DNA from: an uncultured Staphylococcaceae bacterium | GTDB taxonomy: Bacteria > Bacillota_I > Bacilli_A > ML615J-28 > CAG-313 | DNA: 55,214 nt | Direction of reading: 5' to 3' | NCBI GenBank assembly: GCA_964384805.1 | Contig: CAYLLO010000004.1 | Span: 1-55,214 of the forward strand | Shown here: piece by piece, positions 27,834 through 36,331 of the stretch | Numbering within the stretch: position 1 is the first letter of the stretch | Layout of the letters: each line of letters begins with the position of its first letter | Notes under the pieces: generated by a model | Databases searched by the model: none | The model's input: only the letters and a program-made list of their open reading frames with translations | Told to the model about the DNA's origin: nothing | Program-made: the position numbers and the translations under genes

Positions 27834-29300
27834 TTAGTATTTTTGTTTTAATTTTTCTAATTTTTTAGTACTTAATTTATTATTAATATATGTTTGTACC
27901 ATTGAATATATATTACCTATACACCAATAAACTCCTAAACCAGCGGCACTTTGCCATACAAATATCCCCATCATAAAAATCATAAAATACATCATATATT
28001 TCATAGTCTTAGCTTGATCATTTTGAGCTACAGCTTGACGACGATATTCAGGAATATTAGCTTGACGTTCTTCATTTGCTTTCTTTTGACGTCGATTTGC
28101 TTGAACTTGGCTCAATATTTGAGTTCCAACAACAATAATTAATATTACAATTATTCCCCAAAATTGAACAGTTCCAAATTCACCACGTGTTTCAAATAAA
28201 TCTACTCCAAATAGTTTGGTATTTAAGTCGCTTACCCAGTCATTAGTACCAGGAATAGTTCCATCTGTGTATTGAATTCTTGAAACTGCACGATAAACTC
28301 CCATAAAGATTGGGAATTGTAGTAGAGGCATTAAACAGCCCCCCATACCAACTTTATATTTTTTATAAAGTTGCATTTGTTCCATTTGTTTCATTCTTTG
28401 ACTATCTGGGTCAGGTCGGTTAGCATATTTCTCTTCTAATTTTTGAATTTCTGGTTGCATTAAACTCATTTTCAAACTCATATCGTTTGTTTTAGCATAA
28501 ATTGGCCAACCTAATGTTCGAACTAAAATTGTTGTTATCAAAAGACCTATAATGTAATATCCACCAAACAAGTGTGATAAAGCTTGCATTATCCAACCAA
28601 TTGGAAAAACAATCAAATTATTAAATAAATGAGACCAAAATTCACTACCAGTATAGAAATGCAATGGTGCTTGTTGAGTTTCATATTTTCCGATTAAAAT
28701 AGTATAATTTTTAACAAGTTGATATACATCTTCTGATTCTATTTCTTTATTTTCTATTTTACCTGCTAAATTGGCAGTTTTGGCATTTAAAAGTAATTCA
28801 TTATATTCTTTAAAAGTCTCATCACATAAATATTCTTGGTGAAATTCCCGTTTTTCTTTTGATTTTTGAGTTGTAAAATTATATATTAACTCAATACTTT
28901 TTTCTTTTGTTGTATTTAGTTGAGATTCCATTGCGGAAGCAACTGCTTTATCAACTTCTATAACTTCTGATCTTTGGTCTTCTGGTACTGCTTGATACAA
29001 AGTCGTAAAAGCATTTTCTAGTAATTCTTCTATTTTTGAATAATCAAAATTAGTATTTACTTCACTTTTAACTGCTACTAATTTACTGTTAATATTGGTT
29101 CTTTCTTCATCAGTTAAAGTTAAGTTATCAAAGTTTAGGTATGTATCAACTTCATAAAGGACTGCACTTTTTTGAGTTGTCTTTAAAGTCTCTTCCACTA
29201 CATCATAAGTACTTGCGTCTCCCGCACTACATCCAGATAAAACAAAACCAAAAAACATACATACAATTAATACTAATCCATATTTTATTTTTTTATTCAT
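27834..29300 (-). CDS. yidC: YidC/Oxa1 family membrane insertase with a ~200-aa N-terminal lipoprotein extension
   Basis: Lipobox LSGC. The C-terminal ~260 aa form the conserved insertase core (GWPIYAKTNDMSLKMSLMQPEIQKLEEKY...CLMPLLQFPIFMGVY). It overlaps rnpA by 8 nt. Confidence 0.9.
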   Translation of the reverse strand: MNKKIKYGLVLIVCMFFGFVLSGCSAGDASTYDVVEETLKTTQKSAVLYEVDTYLNFDNLTLTDEERTNINSKLVAVKSEVNTNFDYSKIEELLENAFTTLYQAVPEDQRSEVIEVDKAVASAMESQLNTTKEKSIELIYNFTTQKSKEKREFHQEYLCDETFKEYNELLLNAKTANLAGKIENKEIESEDVYQLVKNYTILIGKYETQQAPLHFYTGSEFWSHLFNNLIVFPIGWIMQALSHLFGGYYIIGLLITTILVRTLGWPIYAKTNDMSLKMSLMQPEIQKLEEKYANRPDPDSQRMKQMEQMQLYKKYKVGMGGCLMPLLQFPIFMGVYRAVSRIQYTDGTIPGTNDWVSDLNTKLFGVDLFETRGEFGTVQFWGIIVILIIVVGTQILSQVQANRRQKKANEERQANIPEYRRQAVAQNDQAKTMKYMMYFMIFMMGIFVWQSAAGLGVYWCIGNIYSMVQTYINNKLSTKKLEKLKQKY

Positions 29301-29637
29301 TCTTTTGATTTTCCTTTCGTAATAGTAATTTTAATGTTTTTTCTAAACTATCTTTCTTTTCTAAGAAAGATAGTTTTTTTGAGAATTCTTTAACTACTAT
29401 GACTAACGAATATGATGGCATTTGAGCAATAAACGGTCTTACAATTTCCCTTACTACTCTTTTAGCATAATTTCGTTCTACAGAATTACCATATTTTTTC
29501 CCGACAGAAATCGCAATTTTTACTCCATCATCTCGTTTCATATAATATATAGTGTAGTGTTTACCTGCAATTCTTTGTTTATTTAAAACAACTTTTGCTA
29601 TTTCATGGCTTTTCTTTAATCTAAATTTTTTCTTCAC
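29293..29637 (-). CDS. rnpA: Ribonuclease P protein component
   Basis: A 114-aa basic protein directly downstream of rpmH, with typical sequence (KKSHEIAKV...AISVGKKYGNSVERNYAKRVVRE). Confidence 0.9.
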   Translation of the reverse strand: MKKKFRLKKSHEIAKVVLNKQRIAGKHYTIYYMKRDDGVKIAISVGKKYGNSVERNYAKRVVREIVRPFIAQMPSYSLVIVVKEFSKKLSFLEKKDSLEKTLKLLLRKENQKNE

Positions 29638-29664
29638 ACTATCACCTCTATTTATATAATGTTA

Positions 29665-29712
29665 ATAAAATAAAAGACCACTTCTTTTTATTTCAAAGTG
29701 ACTGAAGTGGTC
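29665..29712 (-). terminator. Hairpin plus U-tract between rpmH and rnpA (partial terminator/attenuator)
   Basis: A 9-bp stem GACCACTTC / GAAGTGGTC (29676..29684 / 29704..29712, 19-nt loop) followed on the minus strand by TTTTATTTTATT. Confidence 0.5.
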
Positions 29713-29740
29713 CAAGTGTTAATATTTTGTTGTAAACTTC

Positions 29741-29875
29741 TTATGCAGAAAGTACTGCGCGACCTTTTAAACGTCTGCGAGCTAACACTTTTCTGCCTCC
29801 TACTGTTGCCATACGAGCACGGAAGCCGTGAGTTTTACTATGTTTACGTTTGTTAGGTTGGTATGTTCTTTTCAT
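29741..29875 (-). CDS. rpmH: 50S ribosomal protein L34
   Basis: It is absent from the ORF track (44 aa). Hand translation gives [44 protein letters not shown], with RBS GGAGGTG upstream. Confidence 0.95.
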   Translation of the reverse strand: MKRTYQPNKRKHSKTHGFRARMATVGGRKVLARRRLKGRAVLSA

Positions 29876-29907
29876 TTGAGCACCTCCATTAAAAACCATG
29901 CTTTCTT

Positions 29908-29936
29908 ATTATATATCTTTTTCTATTTTTTGTCAA
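29908..29936 (-). promoter_or_regulatory. Consensus sigma-A promoter of rpmH-rnpA
   Basis: On the minus strand: TTGACA (29931..29936), 17-nt spacer, TATAAT (29908..29913). Confidence 0.7.
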
Positions 29937-29953
29937 CCTTTTTTATTTTTTTA

Positions 29954-30985
29954 TTAATATTTTGGTAAATCATTTACCGAAATAGAAACTTTTGAGGTTT
30001 CTTTAGTTCCATCAACTTTATTTAATTCTGTATATACATATAAATCTTCTATTTCAAATTCACCACTATATGCGGTAGCAATTTGAGGAATAGTGTATAA
30101 GTAAGGTAAAGCCCCATGATATTGCGCAAATTCAATATAATTAGAGAAATACTCTTCTTCATCACTTTCGGTATTCTTCATTCCTAAAAATAACGCAACT
30201 GAAGTATTTTCTATTACTCTGTTATCTCCCTCATCCAAAGGATTATATTTTAAATTTAATCTATATGTGTCATTTTTAGATGCTAATTCATTTAATTCTG
30301 TTCTTACCTTTACCTCTAAAGCTTCACTTTCTGTTTTTATATCAACATTAGAAGTTGTTTCTTTAATAGTTGTAACTTCAAAATCTTTAAAATCTATTTC
30401 ATCTTCATTTATAATATTACATTGATATGTAAAAGATTTTTTCGTATTATTGGCTTTTTCATCTCTTACTTCGTATACAACCTTTACATATACTTTATCT
30501 GGTTCTCCATCATTTTTAGTATACTCTTTAGTTGTTGAATTATAAACCATCGTTTTAGATGTCGTGCTGTATGAAGAAAAAATACTTCTATCCGATGAGC
30601 TTCCAGAAATATTTGCGGGATTTTCAATTCCTGTTAGTATTGATGCTGTCTTTTCTTCATATTTCATTGTTCCATCTTTTTTCAATATAGCTGTATATAT
30701 TGTTACATTTCGATATATTGCTTCTTGATTTTTCAAATGTAGATAAACTTGCATATCCCAATACTGAGTCTCTTTTTCGGTTTCAGAAGATGAGGCATTC
30801 CGTCGTTCTTTTATTCTTACAGCAATGTCAATATTTTCATCTCCTGGAATTGTTCCGTAATTTTTGTATAAAGATTCATCCTTTTTTAGATTCACTGCTA
30901 ATGATATTACTAAAGATAACGCTAATACATATAATATTAAAAGAATTATCTTTCCTGTGTTATTTAATTTTTCTATAAATTTCAT
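29954..30985 (-). CDS. Hypothetical membrane-anchored protein inserted between rpmH and dnaA
   Basis: I chose the start at track residue M42 (MKFIEKL..., 30983..30985) because AGAGGTG lies 6 nt upstream and the longer ORF would run into the DnaA-box cluster. It has one N-terminal TM helix, then a ~300-aa S/T/E/K-rich domain. I recognise no family. Confidence 0.65.
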   Translation of the reverse strand: MKFIEKLNNTGKIILLILYVLALSLVISLAVNLKKDESLYKNYGTIPGDENIDIAVRIKERRNASSSETEKETQYWDMQVYLHLKNQEAIYRNVTIYTAILKKDGTMKYEEKTASILTGIENPANISGSSSDRSIFSSYSTTSKTMVYNSTTKEYTKNDGEPDKVYVKVVYEVRDEKANNTKKSFTYQCNIINEDEIDFKDFEVTTIKETTSNVDIKTESEALEVKVRTELNELASKNDTYRLNLKYNPLDEGDNRVIENTSVALFLGMKNTESDEEEYFSNYIEFAQYHGALPYLYTIPQIATAYSGEFEIEDLYVYTELNKVDGTKETSKVSISVNDLPKY

Positions 30986-31053
30986 ATTCACACCTCTGTT
31001 AAGTATTTTATCACATTTTACTTTATTTTGGCAAGAAAATGTAAAATTATTAG

Positions 31054-31147
31054 TTATCAACATTAATGTTGATAAAAATGTTAATAATTTTTGGAAAAAC
31101 TTTTTCAACGTTGATATGTGGAAAACATCATTTTTATATGTGGAAAA
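31054..31147. promoter_or_regulatory. oriC DnaA-box cluster upstream of dnaA
   Basis: TTATCAACA (31054..31062) and inverted TGTTGATAA (31067..31075) form a perfect 22-bp palindrome. Two TGTGGAAAA (= TTTTCCACA) boxes lie at 31117..31125 and 31139..31147. Each box is 1 mismatch from TTATCCACA. Confidence 0.75.
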
Positions 31148-31219
31148 AGTTTTTTAATCTTTTTAATGTCTTTTTTTAGTATTTATGGTATTATTTTTTA
31201 GAGAAGAGGTGAATTTTTT

Positions 31220-32605
31220 ATGGAACACGCAAATATGCTTTGGACTAAAACTAAAGATTTATTAGCTACTTCTAATAAAATTGGTCCTACAGAATTTAAA
31301 GAAATAATCCAACCTATTGAAAAAATTCACAAAATTGCAAATAACTATATTTATCTTATTGTACAACACACTTTAACAAAATTTAGAATTGATAAGTTTT
31401 ATTTAGCCATAATGAATGAATGTTTATCAACTATAACTGATGAAAATCTAAAATTTCAAACTATTACTCAAGAAGAAGCTGAAAAAGAAAACAAAGAAAA
31501 TAAACAAAAATCGCTTATTTCTATTAATGAAAATGAAATTAAAGGAAATTCAAGAACCTTAAGACCTGAATATACTTTTACAAATTTTGTGGCTGGACCT
31601 TCAAATCGTTTTGCTTACATTACTGCTTTAAATGTTGCTGAAGCTCCTCATGTTTCAACAATGAACCCTTTATATATATTCGGTGATGTAGGTTTAGGGA
31701 AAACTCACTTAATGATGGCTGTTGGATGGTATATTTTATCTAATAATATAAATGCCAATGTTATTTATACTTCTGCGCAACAGTTCGCAGACGAATATTT
31801 TGCGGCGACTCGTAAGAATTCGAATTATTCCATTGAACAGTTTTATAATTATTATCGCAGTGCTGATGTTTTGTTAGTAGATGATATTCAATTTCTTGCC
31901 AACAAAAATGGTACACAAGAAGAATTTTTTAAATTATTTGATTATTTATATGAAAAAAATAAACAAATTATTATTACATCTGATAGACGAGCAGATGAGT
32001 TAGAAAACATCATGAAACGTCTTACTTCACGTTTTAGTTGGGGGATTTCTGTTGATATAAAAAAGCCTGATTTTGAATTACGTTACCAAATTATTAAGAA
32101 AAAACTTAATTTTGCGTTAACTGACCCATCAGTTGTATCAGAAGAAGCCTTAAACTATATTGCTAATAATTTTGATAACAATGTCCGAGAATTAGAAGGT
32201 GCTTTACGTCGTTTTATTAATTATTGTGTGGCATTTGGGATTAATTATAGTGAAGAAAATGCTAAAAATGCGTTAAATGATATCATTCCTAAAGATAAAA
32301 CTAATATTTCGGCAGATAAGATATCAAGTATTAATGAAGTTAAACGGGCAGTTGCCAACTATTATGGTATTCCTGTCGAAGATTTAGCCTCTACAACTAG
32401 AAAAAAAGAAATTGTCATTCCTCGACAAGTAGCTATTCATATCGTAAGAACAAAATATGATATACCGCTTAAAAAAATTGGAGAACACTTTGGAAATCGT
32501 GATCATGCGACAATTTTACATTCATTAGATAAAATATCAGAAATGATGAAACAAGATCCAGATTTAACCCAAGATGTGGATAATATTATTAAAAAATTAC
32601 CTTAA
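31220..32605 (+). CDS. dnaA: Chromosomal replication initiator protein DnaA
   Basis: AAA+ Walker A GDVGLGKTHL, Walker B LLVDDIQF and the C-terminal DNA-binding domain (RDHATILHSLDKI). RBS GAGGTG upstream. Confidence 0.97.
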   Translation: MEHANMLWTKTKDLLATSNKIGPTEFKEIIQPIEKIHKIANNYIYLIVQHTLTKFRIDKFYLAIMNECLSTITDENLKFQTITQEEAEKENKENKQKSLISINENEIKGNSRTLRPEYTFTNFVAGPSNRFAYITALNVAEAPHVSTMNPLYIFGDVGLGKTHLMMAVGWYILSNNINANVIYTSAQQFADEYFAATRKNSNYSIEQFYNYYRSADVLLVDDIQFLANKNGTQEEFFKLFDYLYEKNKQIIITSDRRADELENIMKRLTSRFSWGISVDIKKPDFELRYQIIKKKLNFALTDPSVVSEEALNYIANNFDNNVRELEGALRRFINYCVAFGINYSEENAKNALNDIIPKDKTNISADKISSINEVKRAVANYYGIPVEDLASTTRKKEIVIPRQVAIHIVRTKYDIPLKKIGEHFGNRDHATILHSLDKISEMMKQDPDLTQDVDNIIKKLP

Positions 32606-32651
32606 AGCATTTTTGCTATATAATAAGGACAAAAAAAACTTTTGTAAAAAG

Positions 32652-32690
32652 TTTTCCACATTTCAACATTACTAATAATAATAAATGATA
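32652..32690 (+). promoter_or_regulatory. oriC element downstream of dnaA: DnaA box plus AT-rich, trio-like stretch (candidate DUE)
   Basis: TTTTCCACA at 32652..32660 is followed 12 nt later by TAATAATAATAA (32673..32684) and an A-run, within the 114-bp dnaA-dnaN spacer. Confidence 0.5.
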
Positions 32691-32719
32691 AAAAAAATAA
32701 ATAACAATAGGAGCTCAAT

Positions 32720-33844
32720 ATGAAATTTACAATAGCAAGAGATCTTTTATTAGATGCTTTAAATAATGTTTCTCGAGGATTATCATCTAAAACACCTATG
32801 CCTGTTTTGACAGGAATTAAAATTGAAGTCGCTAATAAAAATATAACTTTAATAACGACTAATAGAGAAATATCTGTCAAAGTTGTTTTAGATCAAGTTG
32901 AAGATATCGATATCTTAGAAGATGGTGTTTGTGTAGTTCCAGGTAAATATTTTATCGATATTATTAAAAAATTAGAAGGTAAGACAGTAGAATTTACATT
33001 ATTTGACGCTAATACAATAAAAATAATATCTGAAAGAACAACTTTTACATTAATTTCATTAGACTATACCAATTATCCTAATATTAATTTTGATGTTAAT
33101 GGGACACCTATTGTAATAGGGAGTTTAAATTTAAAAAATTACATTAGACAAACTGCTTTTGCAGCAGGGATAAATGAATCTAGAATGGTTTTAACAGGAG
33201 TATACTTTGAAACAAATGATAACAAAATAGAAATGGTAGCTACCGATAGTTATCGATTAGCTAAAAAAATTAGTGAAAATGATATAAATTATCCTAAAAC
33301 TAAAATTATTATTCCTAGTAAAGCTATAGAAGAATTATCTAAAATTTTAGAAGATGAAAATGAAAACGTAAAAATGTATTGTGCTAATAATAGAGCATTA
33401 TTTGAATACAAAAACATTTCCTTTATTACTAGATTAATCGAAGGTACATTTCCTGATACCTCTAGTATTATTCCTAAAGAACATATTGTAGAAATTACTT
33501 TTAATAAAAACACTTTATTATCAACAGTTGAGCGGGCATCATTATTTACTACTCAAAATAATGGTAGTATAATCAAAATGTTAACGAATGAAGATGGAAG
33601 TGTTCAAATAGCTTCAATTTCTACTGAGATAGGTAAGGTTGTAGATGAAATAATCCCTATAAAAATGGATAAAATATGCCGTTTTCAAATAGCTTTTAGT
33701 GCTAAATATTTTTTAGAAGCAATAAAGGCTTTTGAAGGTAATGAAATAGTTATAAAATTCACAGGAGAATTAAAACCATTCTTATTAACCTCTCCTGAAG
33801 ATGATAACTTTATTCAAGTGATTCTTCCAGTAAGATATTTCTAA
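32720..33844 (+). CDS. dnaN: DNA polymerase III subunit beta (sliding clamp)
   Basis: A 374-aa protein directly after dnaA with typical N-terminus MKFTIARDLLLDALNNVSRGLSSKTPMPVLTGIKI. Confidence 0.95.
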   Translation: MKFTIARDLLLDALNNVSRGLSSKTPMPVLTGIKIEVANKNITLITTNREISVKVVLDQVEDIDILEDGVCVVPGKYFIDIIKKLEGKTVEFTLFDANTIKIISERTTFTLISLDYTNYPNINFDVNGTPIVIGSLNLKNYIRQTAFAAGINESRMVLTGVYFETNDNKIEMVATDSYRLAKKISENDINYPKTKIIIPSKAIEELSKILEDENENVKMYCANNRALFEYKNISFITRLIEGTFPDTSSIIPKEHIVEITFNKNTLLSTVERASLFTTQNNGSIIKMLTNEDGSVQIASISTEIGKVVDEIIPIKMDKICRFQIAFSAKYFLEAIKAFEGNEIVIKFTGELKPFLLTSPEDDNFIQVILPVRYF

Positions 33845-33864
33845 AAAATTTATAGAAGTAAAAT

Positions 33865-33890
33865 AAAAAACCTCATTATGAGGTTTTTTT
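33865..33890. terminator. Bidirectional terminator shared by dnaN and the convergent ParA-like gene
   Basis: AAAAAACCTCA-TTA-TGAGGTTTTTTT: a GC-containing stem flanked by A- and T-runs. Confidence 0.75.
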
Positions 33891-33908
33891 GTTATTTTAT
33901 GCTATTTT

Positions 33909-34697
33909 TTAATCTAAATTTAGATGATCAAAGTCTGTTCTCCACTCTTTTTCTACCTCATCTCGATTTTTTTGGTGAAATTTGGAAGCCATTTTATAAT
34001 CATCAAAAATACTTACCCCTTCTGCTTGTAAGTTTTTAATTACTGAACGATCACAAATAGGATCGGTTATTTTCGCATTAGGAGTATAAAGTTCTGCTTG
34101 TTTTTTGAGTTCTTTTAAACAATTTTTTGGAGCTAGTTTTATAGGGTGGAAACCAGTGGGTACAATGTACTTTATTTTATCCAAATTAATGTCAGTATCA
34201 ACAAAATATTGAATTGTGTTAATATAACCATCTAAACCTAACGTATCAAGTCCTACTACAAGAAGTATAGAGTCAGAGATATCCAGCAAGATTTCGCTTA
34301 AACGACTACTTGAAGGTGGGAAATCAATAAAAATATAGTCGAAAAATTTGGTAAATCCTTTTATTGTATCAATTAGTTTACGTTCTTCTTGTCTTTTTAC
34401 AGTTAAAGTGAATGAAAGTCTATCTGTATTTAAGGTTTTAATGATATACATATTTATTCTTGCCTCGCATACAATATCTTCAGGGTTACATTGGCCAGTT
34501 AAAAGGTGTTCTAAGTACATATTATTCTGATCAGTTACAAAATCTCCACAGCCAAATAATTTAAAAATACTATTTTGGTCATCTGCACTAATAATTAAGA
34601 CTTTTTTTCCTTTAGTAGCGACATAGTGTGCTAAATAACCTAAATAAGTAGTTTTACCAACACCACCTTTTTTACAATAAGTAGAAATAATAGGCAT
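33909..34697 (-). CDS. ParA/Soj-family partition ATPase, small plasmid-like type
   Basis: Deviant Walker A CKKGGVGKTT at residues 8-17 and Walker B-like IFIDFPPS. At 262 aa it has no N-terminal HTH extension. Confidence 0.8.
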   Translation of the reverse strand: MPIISTYCKKGGVGKTTYLGYLAHYVATKGKKVLIISADDQNSIFKLFGCGDFVTDQNNMYLEHLLTGQCNPEDIVCEARINMYIIKTLNTDRLSFTLTVKRQEERKLIDTIKGFTKFFDYIFIDFPPSSSRLSEILLDISDSILLVVGLDTLGLDGYINTIQYFVDTDINLDKIKYIVPTGFHPIKLAPKNCLKELKKQAELYTPNAKITDPICDRSVIKNLQAEGVSIFDDYKMASKFHQKNRDEVEKEWRTDFDHLNLD

Positions 34698-34699
34698 AA

Positions 34700-35020
34700 T
34701 TATAAGTCTCCTTCTCTACGTAATTTTTCTCTACAAGCATCTTCTAAGTATTGAGCAAATAAAATTCCTCTTGTTGCACACGCAATTTTAACTTTTCTTC
34801 TAATATCAGGATCCATTACTGATGTAAATTTTACTTTATCAATTTTCTTAGGTTGTGATTGTGGCTGTCTTTTAACAACCCTTTCTTGTTTTGGTGCAAC
34901 ATAAACCGGTTCTTCTTCGTATTTTTCTTCAACATAAACCGGTTTAGTTACTACTTTTTCTTCTTTCGGTTCTTCATTTCTTACAATTGGTGTTGCAAAA
35001 GGGTTAACTCTTTTTTGCAT
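34700..35020 (-). CDS. Ribbon-helix-helix DNA-binding protein (omega/ParG-like candidate centromere binder)
   Basis: It lies 2 nt upstream of the ParA gene with RBS AAGGAGGTG. A K/E/P-rich N-terminal tail precedes a C-terminal ~45 aa with a strand-helix-helix pattern (KVKFTSVMDPDIRRKVKIACATRGILFAQYLEDACREKL). Confidence 0.6.
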   Translation of the reverse strand: MQKRVNPFATPIVRNEEPKEEKVVTKPVYVEEKYEEEPVYVAPKQERVVKRQPQSQPKKIDKVKFTSVMDPDIRRKVKIACATRGILFAQYLEDACREKLRREGDL

Positions 35021-35050
35021 ATAACACGCACCTCCTTAATATACAATAAG

Positions 35051-35079
35051 ATTATACCACAACCAAAATTTAAAATCAA
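35051..35079 (-). promoter_or_regulatory. Strong sigma-A-type promoter of the RHH-ParA operon
   Basis: On the minus strand: -35 TTGATT (35074..35079), 17-nt spacer, extended -10 TGGTATAAT (35051..35059). The spacer contains AAAATTTAA, related to the repeat core further upstream. Confidence 0.65.
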
Positions 35080-35488
35080 GCATTTTACAATAAATATTTT
35101 TTTATGGTTTTATGTAAATATAGTTTTTTTAAAAGTTAGCATTATATTTACCCAAAACCCAAAAAAACGATATTTTTGCAAAAATGAGTTATTAAAAACA
35201 TTTAGTTCTTTAAAAATAGCCTTAAAATCTTTTAAATTTTGAATTTTTGTTTTTTAAATGAAATCTAATTCGAATAGCTCGGCAAAAATTTAAAAAAACA
35301 CGCATTTTTAAAGTTTTTAGAAAAACGTAAAAAAACACATTTAAATTACAAAAAATAAGTGATTAAGTAAATATTGTTATATGTAAAAACATAAATATTA
35401 TTTCGATTAATCTAACAATTTGTATTTTGATACAATTTAAAGTAACACCAAACATTTACCCGTTTAAGTTTGATTAAAACAGAATTAT

Positions 35489-35686
35489 TTTTAAATTAAA
35501 AGTAAAAATTAATTAATTAAAGTTTGATAAAGTTTTAATTTAAAAATAAAGTGGCTAAAAAATATTTTTAAATTAAAAACAATTGCTTCTGTATCTTTGA
35601 GTTAAATATTTTTAATTTAAAAGTAAACTGTATAATAATTATTTTAAATTAAAAGTAAAAAAATAAAAAATATTTTTAATTTAAAA
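35489..35686. repeat. Array of six 13-bp cores TTTTAAATTAAAA / TTTTAATTTAAAA in strictly alternating orientation
   Basis: Core start positions are 35489 (A), 35533 (B = reverse complement), 35566 (A), 35610 (B), 35642 (A) and 35674 (B). Spacings are 44, 33, 44, 32 and 32 bp. Flanks are partly shared (ATATTTTTAA..., ...AAAAGTAAA). Confidence 0.8.
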
Positions 35687-35965
35687 ATAATTGTTTTTTA
35701 AAAAAGTTTTAAAATAAAACATTTTTATAAAAAGGTGCTTTTAATATAAAAGTTTTTATAAAAATATTTAAAACATTAAAACAAGATATAAATATTTAAA
35801 TTTATATTTTTTTAAATAATATAATAAAAGAATAAATACATATAATGCGTAAAGAAATAAAAATTTATATATTTATATAAGTAATTAAATAAAAGAATAT
35901 AATAGAATAAATAAGTAAATATGTATATAAATAAAAGAGTTAATATTTTTATATTATATTATTTA

Positions 35966-36007
35966 TATACTTATAAAAATAATTATTTCTATATTTTTAT
36001 AAGTATA
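35966..36007. repeat. Perfect 15-bp inverted repeat in the AT-rich spacer
   Basis: TATACTTATAAAAAT (35966..35980) and ATTTTTATAAGTATA (35993..36007) are separated by 12 nt. Confidence 0.8.
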
Positions 36008-36302
36008 AATAAAATACTTTTATTTTAAAAGTAAATAAAAAAGTTGCAAAAAATAAAAAATAGGCTCTTTATATAAAAGAATTTAAAATTTAAAAATATA
36101 AAAAATAGTATTTTTTAGCAATTATATATATAATATAAGGAATATACATAAATATGTAAAAATGTTGTTTAATTTTTATTAAAAACCGTAAAATGTCGTT
36201 TTTTTATTAGGAAAAAATTGCAAAACAATAAAAAGTTAAAAAATGAATTTTTTTATTATTTTTAAGGCTGTTTTTTGGTGGTTAAAAAAATTAATTAATT
36301 GG

Positions 36303-36331
36303 TGGTAAAAATCTTGGTTTTATGGTATAAT
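36303..36331 (+). promoter_or_regulatory. Putative promoter of yaaA-recF-gyrB-gyrA
   Basis: Extended -10 TGGTATAAT (36323..36331) and a weak -35 TGGTAA (36303..36308). Two direct TTGGTGGT repeats at 36275..36282 and 36299..36306 overlap the -35. Confidence 0.5.

Noticed and set aside
30986-31157. The 41-codon N-terminal extension of ORF 29954..31108 and the overlapping plus-strand ORF 30864..31157.
   Set aside because: Both run across the DnaA-box cluster. The internal Met at 30985 has a proper RBS and is followed directly by the TM helix. The plus-strand ORF is antisense and low-complexity.
32602-32880. A 92-aa minus-strand ORF across the dnaA-dnaN spacer and the dnaN start.
   Set aside because: It is antisense to dnaN and to the oriC element, has no RBS and shows no recognisable similarity.
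34859-35242. A 127-aa plus-strand ORF spanning the RHH gene and the AT-rich region.
   Set aside because: It is antisense to a gene with a strong RBS and promoter, has a low-complexity F/N/I-rich translation typical of AT-rich non-coding frames, and has no RBS.
35489-35686. A CRISPR array or a tandem minisatellite as the explanation for the AT-rich repeat array.
   Set aside because: The cores are only 13 bp and alternate in orientation. The intervening segments are short (19-31 bp) and AT-only, and no cas genes are nearby. Protein-binding sites are a better explanation.
36243-36308. A 21-codon ORF (MNFFIIFKAVFWWLKKLINWW) in the spacer upstream of yaaA, as a possible small hydrophobic peptide.
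   Set aside because: No Shine-Dalgarno sequence precedes it. Its Trp pairs simply reflect the two TTGGTGGT direct repeats, which are better read as DNA elements at the yaaA promoter.
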